From an uncultured candidate division Zixibacteria bacterium (GTDB lineage Bacteria; Zixibacteria; MSB-5A5; GN15; FEB-12): 64,000 bases of DNA. Below are positions 42,659 to 53,753 of this stretch, in pieces (within the stretch, counting starts at the first letter, position 1; each line of letters begins with the position of its first letter). The position numbers and the translations under genes are program-made. The notes under the pieces are model-generated. The model was not told the DNA's origin. It did no database searches and was given only the letters and a program-made list of their open reading frames with translations. The stretch is taken from the NCBI GenBank assembly GCA_963806185.1, contig CAWDXE010000001.1:256001-320000 (forward strand), in the 5' to 3' direction.

Positions 42659-43165
42659 TCATCTGATCTTAACTCCCTGCCCCGATGCCTCTCCCCCGCC
42701 TTCGACTGGCTTTCCGGTCCGATCGAACGCCTGGAAGTGAATTCGTGACGAAAACGCCTGACCATCATCAGTAACCGAAATCGTATCCACCAGTACTCCG
42801 TGCCCGGCCGGGAGCCAGCCGGAACCGGCGGGGGCGTGGTCGGACGAATCCGGCGGGCGAGTCATGTAGAATTCATAGTGGGCCACAAACTGACGTTTGC
42901 CAATGGCTTTCCAGGTGCCATAGGCGGGCGGCACCGGTGGGGCGGCGTCGTAGTTTGACGATTCGGTCATCGTGCCGCCGAAGTTGAAGACGTACATGAA
43001 TTCGAGATCGGTGATCGAAGCGAAGGCGCCGTTGGTGAACTGAATTTTCGCTCGCCAGGCGCCGACAAGAGCAGGCGCAGACGCATCGTCGGGAGTCTTC
43101 GGCTGGCTGCAGCCGAAAAGGGTCAGTATGCAGATTGTACATACGCCGAAGGCGAGACGAAGCAC
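42659..43165 (-). CDS. Hypothetical lipoprotein (beta-rich)
   Basis: GGAGG RBS before GTG; LFGC lipobox; LVGAW. Confidence 0.65.
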   Translation of the reverse strand: MLRLAFGVCTICILTLFGCSQPKTPDDASAPALVGAWRAKIQFTNGAFASITDLEFMYVFNFGGTMTESSNYDAAPPVPPAYGTWKAIGKRQFVAHYEFYMTRPPDSSDHAPAGSGWLPAGHGVLVDTISVTDDGQAFSSRIHFQAFDRTGKPVEGGGEASGQGVKIR

Positions 43166-43373
43166 TGAAACCTCCTGAGTGAACGCAAAAGGTGAACATG
43201 GATTTTGCTAATCGACAATTTAACGAAAAGGATGGGTTGCGGCAAGTACCAGATATGCCGTGCGGGATGGTCTTGCCCCGTGTTCCCCGTCCATATGGGC
43301 TTGCCTTCACCTCAACGAGCAGCCACGGAAATGGCACGATGGCGTCTTTACCGCCACCCGCGGAAAATGATAA

Positions 43374-43400
43374 GGGGAGCAGGAACAAGTCCCGCTCCCC
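43374..43400 (-). terminator. Stem-loop downstream of the metalloprotease gene
   Basis: GGGGAGC...GCTCCCC inverted repeat about 35 nt past the stop. Confidence 0.5.
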
Positions 43401-43433
43401 AGTGTGTGCGATCGAAAAAGTGGAAGCGTGCTG

Positions 43434-46400
43434 CTATTTGATGAGAAGCATCTTCTTGCTCTCGCTGAACGAGCCAGCGACGATTCGATAGAAATAGATA
43501 CCGCTCGCACGATTTGCCCCATCCCAGGTTACCCGGTGCAGGCCGGCATCGAGCTGACCGTCAACGAGTACATCGACCTGCTGACCCAAAATGTTGCAGA
43601 CATCGAGATGAACCTGGCCCGCCTCCGGCAAACTGAATTCGATTTCAGTTGTCGGATTGAACGGATTCGGATAGTTCTGGGAGAGACCGAAGCCGGCCGG
43701 CAGTACCTCATCGTCAGCATACGTCGTCTTGGGCTGACCCACCGTGTAATAACGGTAGCCCATATCGTTGCGACTGGCGTCCGGATCGATGTACTGAGCA
43801 TCCGGGTCACCCGCGTTTATACATGGCGAGCCCGAAGACAACAGGAAGTCAGTGCCGCTGAACAGCGGGTTGGCACTAATCGTACCTACCCCCGTATCCG
43901 GGCAATTGTAGTAGTGACCACCACAGTTCCAGACGTCGTTGTACGACAACACCGGCGGCGCGGTTTGCTGTCCGTTTAGCCACCCCTGGTTGTGGACGGC
44001 GTAATTGCAGTTGGCGATGATCGTATTCTTGATCGTCGGAGCGACAAGTGAGAAACTGGAGAAGGCTCCGTTGGTCGAGTTAACAATTGTATTGTTGATC
44101 AACACGGCGGGAGAATTGCCGAGTGAGGCCCAGGTCGACCCTGAGAGTACGACAGCAGCCCAGTTCGTAATGCCCTGGCCGCGCATCAGATTGCGGCGAA
44201 TCGTCGGCCCGGCGTTCTGGCACCAGACGGCGATACGACCCGTGTCAAGAATGAAGCCATCGAGCGTGGCAGCCGAGGTGACTCCACTCGTAAACACGAC
44301 CAGGTCGGTGGAGGCATTGTTCACAATTCTCGGCCGATCGTCCAGATTTTTCGAGACCAGCCGAAGATTCTTATTGATGACCAGGCTCTCCTGATACCTT
44401 CCGCTGCTCACCAACACAACCTCACCGATCTGAGCAGCGTTCTTTGCCGCGGTTATGCTGGTATAGTTGGTCGTTGCGCTGACCTGAAGAGAAGGCACGG
44501 CCCCCATGTCATCTCTGGTGCCATCAGGATCATTGTACGCAGTCGCCGCACTCCCGGCGTCGAGGCAGGGTGACCCGCGGAACAGCGTAAAGTCCGACGT
44601 GAGCACGGGATCAGCGCTGATCGTGCCCGTGCCGGCGGTGGCGTCCTGCCAGTTAGTCGCATTTCCCCAGACATCGCTATAGGTCACATCAGGATTCGTC
44701 AGAAGCATCCAATATATCTTCTCGTTGACAATCCCCTGGAGGTTGCGAGTAACGATGGTGTTGCGAATCGGAACGGCCGTAAGGGTAGTGACTCGAATAC
44801 CTGCTCCCGCACAATCGGCAATGGTGCAGTTTTCAATGAGGGGGATGTTCCACGCATCGTACAGAGCATCGCTGTACACGTATATGCCGCTGCTTGTCTG
44901 ATTCTTGAAGATGTTGCCGATGATTTTCGGACCTGCCCACATACAGCGCGCCCCGATAGTCCCGCCGTCGATGGTGAAACCCTGAAGGGCGGCGTCACGG
45001 GCCTCGTAATTGCTGAAATCAACAACCATCTGACCGGCCGTACCTTGGATGGTGGTGACCGTCGGCCCGTTGGTCGACATGATCGAGACCGACTTTCCTC
45101 CGAACAGTACCTGGCCCGAATACACTCCCGGCATCACGCGAACCGTGTCGCCAAAACTGCTCGCGGCCTGAATACCTCGACCAATCGTGGCATACGGAGT
45201 ACTTGAGCTTCCGTCACCAGTGATATCATTCCCCGTGGCCGCACTCACCCAAATAGTGAGACCCGCCGGCAGATCCATGTTGTGGGCGGCGAAACCTGCC
45301 CGAATTTGCACTGAGTGCGGCGTGCCGTTGTAGATATTACCATCATTGTCGTCCAGGGTAAGGAAGTCTATGGTAATCTCCGGAGTGATTGATTCACCGC
45401 TGTGCAGGAGAATGCTGTTCACGGTTAAAGACCGTAGAATGGAGAGATAGGTTGTGGGATATGCGGCCGCCAGCGCATTGCGCGTGCTCCAAATGCAGCC
45501 GGACAGCAGGTTTCCGCAATAATGCACCTCGCCACGACATGGATACTGGAACGTATTGTCGGCCGTACGATCCCCCGAGGAGCAAGACCCGAACATTCCG
45601 AGTCCCATCACCGGCTGATCGGACATCAGCACGGCCACACAATCACCCATGCCTTCGCCGTACTGACCCTGGCCACTTCCCGCCATCTGCACCAGGTGGT
45701 GTCCATACTCATGGTGGATGATTGAGGAGTAGGCGGTATTTGGATACGAACCGGAGGATTGGCAGAAATTCATCGTGAGAGCGGACGCATCGTACCACGC
45801 ATTCGCCGGGCAATAGCCGTCAGTCCTGTTCACGTATATAGGGAATTCATTCTGCGACAACATCGGATAGTTGGGATTCCATTTTTTCACCATATCCCGG
45901 ATGGCGTTCGCTTCAACGTAAGCATTCACCTGAGCTCGTTCCGCTTCGTTATTGGTCTCGTTGTGGAGGAAGTCATACCACCCCTCCGGCTCACCTGTAG
46001 TTGTCAGGAGAGCATCCGCTCCTGCAGAGTTGAAGACTCGGAACCAGAGCCCCCATAACCGGGACGCGACCGTTGACGGATACTGACCGAGACGAATCCT
46101 ATACATTCCCAGCGTGTCAGTGTACGCCACCCACTGCCCGCAGGTGATCTTGGCATACTTCAACGCCTCACTGGTTTCGTCTTCGCACTGTTCTGATGCC
46201 GCACCCTGAGTAGTCAGACCACTAACGCTGCCATACATGTACACAGGGAGCGGCTGCGGCCCTCCGCTTCCAAAAACGATCATGTCCTCCTTAAGAAGGA
46301 TTTCCGAAGTCTGTGCGTCCACGACGTAATGCCAACGATTATAGCCTTGATCGCCGTCAGTACCAACGAATTCGACAGCGACCCGAGGCTCGACGGAAGC

Positions 46401-47060
46401 GTCGGACTGACCGGTCCAGATGACCAGCCGTTCATCCTTTCTTCCCGTCATCTGCGGAAAGTCCGCATCCACTGCACTCGCGGCGATCTGTCGAGGGTCG
46501 TACGACGAGGCCACTCCTTGAAAGCTCTTGTAGCGAATGTCTTTGACTCCCGGTGAAACCCAGACAACCGGATAGTCTGCCTCATTTTGCACGAGCACTC
46601 TTAACTCACCACCATACACCGGTATGTCGTCCTTGTACTGGTTAAGAGAAAACAGGGTGAATTTATAGTTGCCCGTCTCGGGATCGTACATGATCGGCTG
46701 ACCAGTCGGCAAGTCGATCGTGTTGGGCGAAACTCTCAGGTCCCCGGGATTTGCACCGAAGGCCACCGCGAATTTCTCGCGAAAGGAAACAACAGTGGCC
46801 GAAGGTGACGTGCCACTTCCCGGCATTCTCCCGACGACTCGCTCCACTCGGCCTTTGTCGCCGATCAATCGTATGCCTGGATTCTCGCTCTGGAGCGTCT
46901 GCAAGGCGCTTTGTCGCTGTTCTTCCAGCGCGCGGCGATCGTTAGGAAGGCCGGCGGCGGCACTAGATATAGTGGCCGCAAGTAGAAAGTATGCGAACAC
47001 AATGATGACAGCTGATGCAATTGGCCCCCGAATCAACGCGAATCGAATGTTGGATTTCAT
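43434..47060 (-). CDS. Secreted M4/M36-like (gluzincin) metalloprotease with propeptide, two beta-helix modules and T9SS-type C-terminal domain
   Basis: GAGGAGG RBS; FTP/PepSY-like VVDAQTSEIL; ANAWYD; HHEYGHH...GEGMGD; two modules ending SPC-x-[DN]AG...DPD-xx-R-x-DMG; LSQNYPNPFNPTT. Confidence 0.82.
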   Translation of the reverse strand: MKSNIRFALIRGPIASAVIIVFAYFLLAATISSAAAGLPNDRRALEEQRQSALQTLQSENPGIRLIGDKGRVERVVGRMPGSGTSPSATVVSFREKFAVAFGANPGDLRVSPNTIDLPTGQPIMYDPETGNYKFTLFSLNQYKDDIPVYGGELRVLVQNEADYPVVWVSPGVKDIRYKSFQGVASSYDPRQIAASAVDADFPQMTGRKDERLVIWTGQSDASVEPRVAVEFVGTDGDQGYNRWHYVVDAQTSEILLKEDMIVFGSGGPQPLPVYMYGSVSGLTTQGAASEQCEDETSEALKYAKITCGQWVAYTDTLGMYRIRLGQYPSTVASRLWGLWFRVFNSAGADALLTTTGEPEGWYDFLHNETNNEAERAQVNAYVEANAIRDMVKKWNPNYPMLSQNEFPIYVNRTDGYCPANAWYDASALTMNFCQSSGSYPNTAYSSIIHHEYGHHLVQMAGSGQGQYGEGMGDCVAVLMSDQPVMGLGMFGSCSSGDRTADNTFQYPCRGEVHYCGNLLSGCIWSTRNALAAAYPTTYLSILRSLTVNSILLHSGESITPEITIDFLTLDDNDGNIYNGTPHSVQIRAGFAAHNMDLPAGLTIWVSAATGNDITGDGSSSTPYATIGRGIQAASSFGDTVRVMPGVYSGQVLFGGKSVSIMSTNGPTVTTIQGTAGQMVVDFSNYEARDAALQGFTIDGGTIGARCMWAGPKIIGNIFKNQTSSGIYVYSDALYDAWNIPLIENCTIADCAGAGIRVTTLTAVPIRNTIVTRNLQGIVNEKIYWMLLTNPDVTYSDVWGNATNWQDATAGTGTISADPVLTSDFTLFRGSPCLDAGSAATAYNDPDGTRDDMGAVPSLQVSATTNYTSITAAKNAAQIGEVVLVSSGRYQESLVINKNLRLVSKNLDDRPRIVNNASTDLVVFTSGVTSAATLDGFILDTGRIAVWCQNAGPTIRRNLMRGQGITNWAAVVLSGSTWASLGNSPAVLINNTIVNSTNGAFSSFSLVAPTIKNTIIANCNYAVHNQGWLNGQQTAPPVLSYNDVWNCGGHYYNCPDTGVGTISANPLFSGTDFLLSSGSPCINAGDPDAQYIDPDASRNDMGYRYYTVGQPKTTYADDEVLPAGFGLSQNYPNPFNPTTEIEFSLPEAGQVHLDVCNILGQQVDVLVDGQLDAGLHRVTWDGANRASGIYFYRIVAGSFSESKKMLLIK

Positions 47061-47808
47061 AACCAACCTCCTCAATAATCGTGACTATTACATGAGATGT
47101 GGCTCTAGTTGAGGTCTGGACGTTTTCTGCATACTCCTTTCCTGGTCAGATCCATGGTGTGCTGCGAAATCAATCTCAGCGAGCAATATAGAAATACGGC
47201 TCGGCCCGCTTTTCAGGATCACACTGAACAGCAAGCTGAGACGGCGACGGCAACTGTAACCAGCCACCGGCGGATCGTAATTGGGACAGTGGACGACAAG
47301 TCAGGACAAATGATATATTTGACGAATGTCAGATTCTGTCAGTGCAAAGAACGCGATTCGAAGATTTTTTTTCGGATTTCTTTGTGAACATGGCGTTGTC
47401 ATCCTGTGCAGCCAACAGTCACGCCGTTCACACAGTAGCGGTCAGACAGCTTCAACTATCAGCTATTCAATTACTTAAACAAGCCGCCGGAGACCTCGCC
47501 GGACAGAGTGCTTCACTCGCGTGTGACGGAACGCCGATATGAACATACTTGGCCGCCACTGACGACCGGCAAGTTCCATTCAGGATTTTGCACCACAAGA
47601 TGTTACGACGAAATGCGGCATTGCGGAGACCGGTAGTGACCGACAGTCACACGGAAGGGCCGGTGTGGGGTGCATGGCACGACAATTGTCCGCGAATGCA
47701 GCAGGAAGGAGAAGTCACTCCCATTCACCGAGAGTGAGTACAGTCTCTGTAACCTGCGTCGCTGTTAACACATCGATGCAGACCGGGGCCCGTCAACTAT
47801 GCATAATA

Positions 47809-48306
47809 TCATTCAGCAGTGCGCGTGCGGTGCCAGGTGATCAGCTCACCATCCTCGTGATCGACCCGAGAGCCATCGCGGCTGAAGAAGGCCTTTTCCA
47901 GAACTCGCTGTGAGGCTATGTTCCAGACGGCCGTCTCGGCGGTGATGGCAGTGACCTCGGGTTTCGAGAAGCCCGCGGACGCCATTAAGTCGACACCCTC
48001 GGTGGCGATATTTCTTCCACGATACGATTCGGCGACACCGCACCCGATTTCCACTGAGCCGTTGCGCGGCGAGTTCTTGAAACCGGCAGAGCCAACAATG
48101 CGGTTTTCGGTAGAGAGTACAAAGAGTCGGGGGGCGCACCAGAACCAGATTTCGGCGGCGCGATGTCGCCCCATAGCGGCGGCAAGGACGATCTCCGGCG
48201 GTATGGCCCCGGTGGTGATGTCGAGGTCGCGGAACCTGATCGCCGACGAATCCTTGAGCAGACGCTCTACCTCGCCGGGTCCCATCGTGAGCAGTTGGAT
48301 ATTCAC
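47809..48306 (-). CDS. GNAT family (RimJ/RimL-like) acetyltransferase
   Basis: VEIGCGVAESYRGRNIATE, NIASQRVLEK. Confidence 0.8.
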   Translation of the reverse strand: MNIQLLTMGPGEVERLLKDSSAIRFRDLDITTGAIPPEIVLAAAMGRHRAAEIWFWCAPRLFVLSTENRIVGSAGFKNSPRNGSVEIGCGVAESYRGRNIATEGVDLMASAGFSKPEVTAITAETAVWNIASQRVLEKAFFSRDGSRVDHEDGELITWHRTRTAE

Positions 48307-48327
48307 GTCGTCCCTCGAGCAAGTTGA

Positions 48328-48777
48328 TTAGCCGTCATTGGAAGTCGACGACGATCCCTCGTCCTTTGTTTTTAGGGCCTCAGCCTTCCGCGCCGCTCGG
48401 CGCTCGATTTCTTCTGTACGCACCTGTACGGCAAACGACACCAAATCGATCGGTGCGAGCTCAGCGGCGAGCTCCTGCCATCTGGTCGGCCAGGTGGACG
48501 GCCGCGTATAGACCTTACCCGCCGGGTCACGCTCGAGGCAACGGTAGTCGACCAAGTAGCGTCGCATCTCAACAGCATCCGCCTGAATATTGGTTCCGAC
48601 TGTGCCGAGCCACTGAGCAAGTCGCTCGGTAACTTCCTTCTCGGTGCTGGATGGTTCATTCGGAATTGCCAGCCCGGCAGCAACGATAATCAGCCCCAAA
48701 TCGGAGGCGCTCAGATTGCCGATATGGACCTCCTGCCGGAGAAGGAGGTGTCGGAATCGGTCAAGAATAGGAGACAT
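48328..48777 (-). CDS. DUF2087-like protein
   Basis: TEKEVTERL...DAVEMRRYLVDYRCLERDPAGKVY. Confidence 0.75.
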   Translation of the reverse strand: MSPILDRFRHLLLRQEVHIGNLSASDLGLIIVAAGLAIPNEPSSTEKEVTERLAQWLGTVGTNIQADAVEMRRYLVDYRCLERDPAGKVYTRPSTWPTRWQELAAELAPIDLVSFAVQVRTEEIERRAARKAEALKTKDEGSSSTSNDG

Positions 48778-48802
48778 CGGCTTTTATCCTGTCGGGTCAA
48801 AG

Positions 48803-49312
48803 CTAGTCCAACCTGGATATGGCGGACTTGAGCCCGTTGGTAATACGGTCGTCACCGATCACGTGATTGAGAGCGGTCAGCCTCTCCAGCACAACCGTGT
48901 CGCGAATCCAGGTGTCAACCTTGGGGACGATAAGCACCGCTACATTCAGCACAATCAGCAGGCCGGCAATGAAGACGAATCCATTCAGCACAGCTCCGAG
49001 GATTGAATTGACGATACCAACGACATTCGGTTTTATCGCGTCGGTGATCTTGTGTCCGATCCTGCGTATGATTAGTACCGTGGCCACGACCAGGATGATG
49101 AAACTAACGCCAACCGCCACGGTCTGGCTCGGAATGAACGAATCGAGAACCGTGGCCAACGTGCCGGCGAAACGCGAACCGACGATATAGCCGGCCAGTA
49201 AGGAAATGAACCAGATGATCTGGCTAATCAGGCCGTTGCGGTAGCCGCGATAGATCGCCAGCACCAAGGCAAGGACCACGATGGCGTCAATGACGAGACT
49301 GAGTTTTGGCAT
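48803..49312 (-). CDS. CvpA family membrane protein
   Basis: DAIVVLAL...RGYRNGLISQI...NSILGAVL. Confidence 0.8.
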   Translation of the reverse strand: MPKLSLVIDAIVVLALVLAIYRGYRNGLISQIIWFISLLAGYIVGSRFAGTLATVLDSFIPSQTVAVGVSFIILVVATVLIIRRIGHKITDAIKPNVVGIVNSILGAVLNGFVFIAGLLIVLNVAVLIVPKVDTWIRDTVVLERLTALNHVIGDDRITNGLKSAISRLD

Positions 49313-49369
49313 AACGAAATCCGTTCACTGGTTCTCTTCCAAACAACGACAGCAAGGAATGCGGTCGCT

Positions 49370-51675
49370 TTATTGGGCCGCCTGCTGGTCAGCGCTGTTC
49401 TTGTTGGACTTCCGAGTGGCTATCCAATAGAGAAATACACTCATGGCTGCAAACGGCACCAGGGTCCACAGATCACTCTCGGCCCACGCGCCGAGCCAAT
49501 GCGATTTGTCAAACGCGTCATTCCAATTCATAATGAAGAATATCGCCTGCGTGAGCCCGGCAATCGCGCCACCGGCAATCAGACCGCTGGCCAACAGTAC
49601 GCCCGGGGAGAATTCAGATTCCGCAGCGCTCACGCCCTTGCGCCGGCGATCGACCAGCATTCGGATGATGCCGCCGACAAAAATCGGCGTGGAAGTTGAT
49701 ATTGGCAGATACAATCCAACTGCAAACGGGAGCGACGAAACACCGACCAGTTCCATTATCAAAGCCAGCGCGATGCCAACGAGCACGAGCGCCCAGGGAA
49801 GTTTGTGTGTCAGGATGCCGTCAATGATCAAGCTGAAAAGACGCGCCTTAGGTGCGTCATACTTGGTGACCGGCATCAATCGATGCGACAACGCGCCGGT
49901 TGAATCGACCAGATAACTGCCCGCCTGAATACCATCACGATCGTCAGTGAGTTTCAATATCTTCTGCGGGCCGTCCACGGTCAAGAATGTCGGGGTTGAA
50001 TCCGGCAGAATGCCGGCACGGAATTCTTGATATGGCGCTTCCGTCATGCGTACCGCGCGGTGCAGATCGGTGCCGCAGACGCCAGGGTCGATCAGGTAGA
50101 TGATCTTGCCGACATCGTTAACGAGGTAGCGACCGGTGGGAATACCATTTGTCGGCTCGGGAATGGATATCTGACGGTACGTCTTGCCATCGTACTCGAC
50201 AAGCTTTGCGTCGGCCGGGACGCTCGCGGTGAAATCAGGATAGTTGCGGGCCGAGTAGGTGGTCATAGCCTGATTGAGAGAGAGGAGTGTCCAACCGATT
50301 ACCAACGCACTGGTGGCGACGCCGACCAGAATACCTATTTGCTGCCGTGACGGTGTCGCACCCACCAGGAAGCCTGTTTTCAAATCCTGCGAAATCGTGC
50401 CGCCGTTTGAGGCCGCGACACACACGATCGCTGCCGTAGTCAGAGCCATCACGCGGAAATCAACACCCGTCCATCCGACGAGCAGGAAAAGGAGGCAGGT
50501 AATAAGCAATGTGGCGACGGTCATGCCGGAGATTGGATTGGACGATGAACCGATCTCACCGGTGATTCGACTCGACACGGTGACGAAGAAGAAGCCAAAG
50601 ACAACAATCAGCGCCGAGGACGCGAGATTGATGCCAAGAATCGGCGCCAGCCAAATCCCGATCACCAGGATGAGACTTCCGCCGAGAACATACGGGAGCG
50701 GAATGTCCTGCTCGGTACGAAGTACAATTACCTTCTTGCCCGACTGCGAACCGGCCAACGATTTCATACCGCGCTTGAACGCCCCGATAATGCTCGGAAT
50801 CGAACGAATCAAGCTGATGATACCACCGGTCGCCACGGCACCGGCACCAATGTATAGGACGTATGCGTTGCGGATCGCTCCCGGACTCATGTCCTTTACC
50901 AGTACCTGGGTCTCGGGAAAGAGGGGCGCGCTCAGACCATCGCCGATTAATTTGATAAGTGGAATGATGACGATGAAAGCGAGCGAGCCGCCGGCCATCA
51001 TGTTGGCTGCGGTCTTCGGGCCGATGATATACCCCACGCCGAGCATGGTCGGCGCGACTTCCGCCGAGATGGATGCACCCCGGAAGAAATTGATGGTCCA
51101 GTCGGATGTTTCTTTCCAGAAGCGGCTGATCAAGTTGAGAAAACCGAAGACAAAACCGAAGATGCCGCCAAGGAAGACTGTTTTCGCCGACGTTCCTCCC
51201 TTGTCGCCCGCGATCAACACCTCCGCACATGCGGTGCCCTCGGGATAGGTGATCTTGCCATGCTCCTCGACTATCAGTCCGTGACGCAAGGGGATCATCA
51301 TGAGAACACCAAGCGTCCCGCCCAGGAGCGCTACCAGCAGGATGCGAAAGAATTCAATGTCCTGCCCCATGAGGAGCAACGAGGGTAAGGTGAAAACGAC
51401 GCCGGCCGCGATCGACTCGCCGGCCGAGCCCACGGTTTGCACCATGTTGTTTTCGAGGATGGTGGCCTTGCCGAGAGCACGGAATATCGTAATCGACAGC
51501 ACCGCGATTGGGAATCGACGCCGACACGGTCAGACCGACCTTTCAAGCCAAGATAGACGGACGAAGCGGCAAACGCGATGCCCAGCACCGCACCGAGGAT
51601 CAGTCCCCGGAGTGTCATTTCGGTCATCGACTGATTGGCTGCAATGTAGGGTTTGTGCTCTGTCGACTCGCTCAT
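49370..51675 (-). CDS. Oligopeptide transporter, OPT family (apparent frameshifts near 51505-51545)
   Basis: MSESTEHKPYI...EMTLRGLILG; LENNMVQT, YPEGTACAEVL, SSNPISGMT, QDLKTGFL, FAVGLYLP. Confidence 0.9.
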
Positions 51676-51809
51676 ACGGGTAGCTCCTCTGTCGCGGACA
51701 GATGTTGCGTAAAGGCCGATCCAGCCGGTCTCAGGGACCGGCACACATTGGGGACATCGTAGTAAGTTTTGGGTTCGGACACAAGAGGAGAATGGTGGGG
51801 AGGTGACTT

Positions 51810-51899
51810 GTACCCCACCGCCTATGCGGTGGGGTATTTGAAAGTCAGGATCCACAGAAGATTTCGTCCGGGGCAGGCCAGAAGGCCTGCCGCCCACGG
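51810..51899. repeat. REP-like composite repeat, copy 1
   Basis: GTACCCCACCGCCTATGCGGTGGGGTAT...GTCAGGATCCACAGAAGAT plus GGGGCAGGCCAGAAGGCCTGCCGCCCACGG. Confidence 0.75.
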
Positions 51900-51929
51900 G
51901 GACACACGTTCAGGCAATCCGGACTTCGT

Positions 51930-53753
51930 CTATTTGAAATAGTATGGCGTCTTCGCCGCCCACGGGCTGTCTTTGTAGAGCTTGTGCAACCGTTTGAACG
52001 CCGCCTTGCTTCTGGCAATGGTCTCATCATCGGCGTACTGTTTCCATGCGAATTGTGTCGACCTCGGCCCGGAGCGCCCGCCCAGGACGATATAGTGCAG
52101 CGCTTTTGCTTCAGCATCACTTCTGATTCTGGATCGTCGTGATATCTCGGCAGCCGAGACGAAAAGGGTCATTGGCGGCGTATACGATGCAACACGGTCA
52201 CGAAATGTCCTGCAAGGCTCGCACTTCGGCAAATCTGACGACGGATCGTAAATACCGTGGAACATGTTATCGCTTCCGATGAAGCCAAAAGGATTGACTT
52301 GGTACTTGCCTAACAGTTCTCCCATGTCTACGAGAGCCTGAACGTCGCGGGGATTTGAGGCCAGTGTTGCGATAATTGTCTTCGCGGAGGACAGCGGCCA
52401 TACCTCGCTTCCTTCAAGAAGCTTCTCCAACGCCTTGAAGCGCCAAGATAGAGCGTAGCGCCGAGCCAATTCGGACACCAGTATATGCCGTCTGTTTCCC
52501 GAGATATCGCTTCTCTCAACACCGGTTTCCAGATCTCCATCCGATAACCCGGCTGTGGCAAATGCTGACAGGTTTCGCTCGCTGACTATTGGTGACCGGT
52601 CAGTGTAAAGCCACAGTCCGTCACCACTGTTAAGTTTCAAGCACGCCATCTCAACTTCGACGGCATCTTCCGGCCTCACCTTGTGCATCTGCTCCAACAC
52701 GTTCGATGCCAATTGATGGTTCTGGATTTTTTCAAAGGCACGCACTCTGAGTAATTCCGTACTTAGCCATCGCACCGTATCCACCAAGGGTGTCTCAGGA
52801 GTCTTGTCCAGGAGCTCCTGATATCGCTCTAACCGGTACAGTCCAAGCTCTCGAACATACTGAAAAAGGCCCGGATAATTCGCGAAATCTCTCTCGCGTG
52901 ATTCCAGTGCCGTCATGTCTTGAAGGGTCGGTCTGTCATCTCCCAATAGCGAAAAAGCAATGAGCATGGGTGAGTCTGCGACAAAATCTATCTCCCCATG
53001 AAAGTAATTTTCAAATTCTTCGATTTCATTCCTTTTCACCGATCGACCCATAATTAGCGTCCCGGTTGCAGGGAACTGCTCCAATATTCTTTGCTTTAGT
53101 TCCGAGTCGAGAAGAGCTTGCCTGCCTGATAGGAAATAGATTCTGCGACGGAGATTGCGGGCCGAATTTGCGTATAGTCCGTCCGGAAACTCCGACATAT
53201 ACCGACGGTATGAAGAATCCGCCAACATCAGCATATCCTGATTTACGGTCTTGACCGGACTGCTATAGCCGTTCCAGTCATTCTGCGCGATAATCAGTTG
53301 GCATCGACCAATCATGTAAGCCGACGCTTCATGCACCCACGAGTAATTGCCTTCTCTTTTTAGGTTGTCCGAAAACACGGCACTCAAGTTCTCCGTGCCG
53401 CCCAACCGTTCAAATATTGCGAGAGCCCCTTGGTAATCCGCCTCCTGAAAACGCTTTGCTCCGAGTTCATAGTATGTGAAAAGCGGCAGCTCGTCCCGTC
53501 TGCTTGCCTCGCGTGCGATGGAGTCACGATTGGCCATAATGCTCGATTCAAGAGTTACGTATTGCCGCAGGACCAACTCAAACATCCACCGTCTTCCATA
53601 TCTCTCGTACGCATAGTTTGGGGCCCTATACTCCGGGTCCACATACGATGGCCGGGAGAAATACGGAGATGGTGACATACTACAGGCACGCGTACTCGCA
53701 CCCGCCAACAGCACCACCCCTACACAAAGGCCAATAATCGTTTTGATCTTCAT
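51930..53753 (-). CDS. Secreted alpha-helical (TPR-like) protein, partner of DUF3142
   Basis: Signal peptide; WVHEASAYMIGR, FPDGLYANSA; C-terminus FKRLHKLYKDSPWAAKTPYYF; ATGA overlap with the upstream gene. Confidence 0.65.
   Translation of the reverse strand: MKIKTIIGLCVGVVLLAGASTRACSMSPSPYFSRPSYVDPEYRAPNYAYERYGRRWMFELVLRQYVTLESSIMANRDSIAREASRRDELPLFTYYELGAKRFQEADYQGALAIFERLGGTENLSAVFSDNLKREGNYSWVHEASAYMIGRCQLIIAQNDWNGYSSPVKTVNQDMLMLADSSYRRYMSEFPDGLYANSARNLRRRIYFLSGRQALLDSELKQRILEQFPATGTLIMGRSVKRNEIEEFENYFHGEIDFVADSPMLIAFSLLGDDRPTLQDMTALESRERDFANYPGLFQYVRELGLYRLERYQELLDKTPETPLVDTVRWLSTELLRVRAFEKIQNHQLASNVLEQMHKVRPEDAVEVEMACLKLNSGDGLWLYTDRSPIVSERNLSAFATAGLSDGDLETGVERSDISGNRRHILVSELARRYALSWRFKALEKLLEGSEVWPLSSAKTIIATLASNPRDVQALVDMGELLGKYQVNPFGFIGSDNMFHGIYDPSSDLPKCEPCRTFRDRVASYTPPMTLFVSAAEISRRSRIRSDAEAKALHYIVLGGRSGPRSTQFAWKQYADDETIARSKAAFKRLHKLYKDSPWAAKTPYYFK

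Noticed and set aside
47061..47808. Long intergenic region (also 39540-39890 and 19060-19500) as riboswitch or ncRNA
   Set aside because: No motif I could recognise by eye; an Rfam/Infernal scan is needed.
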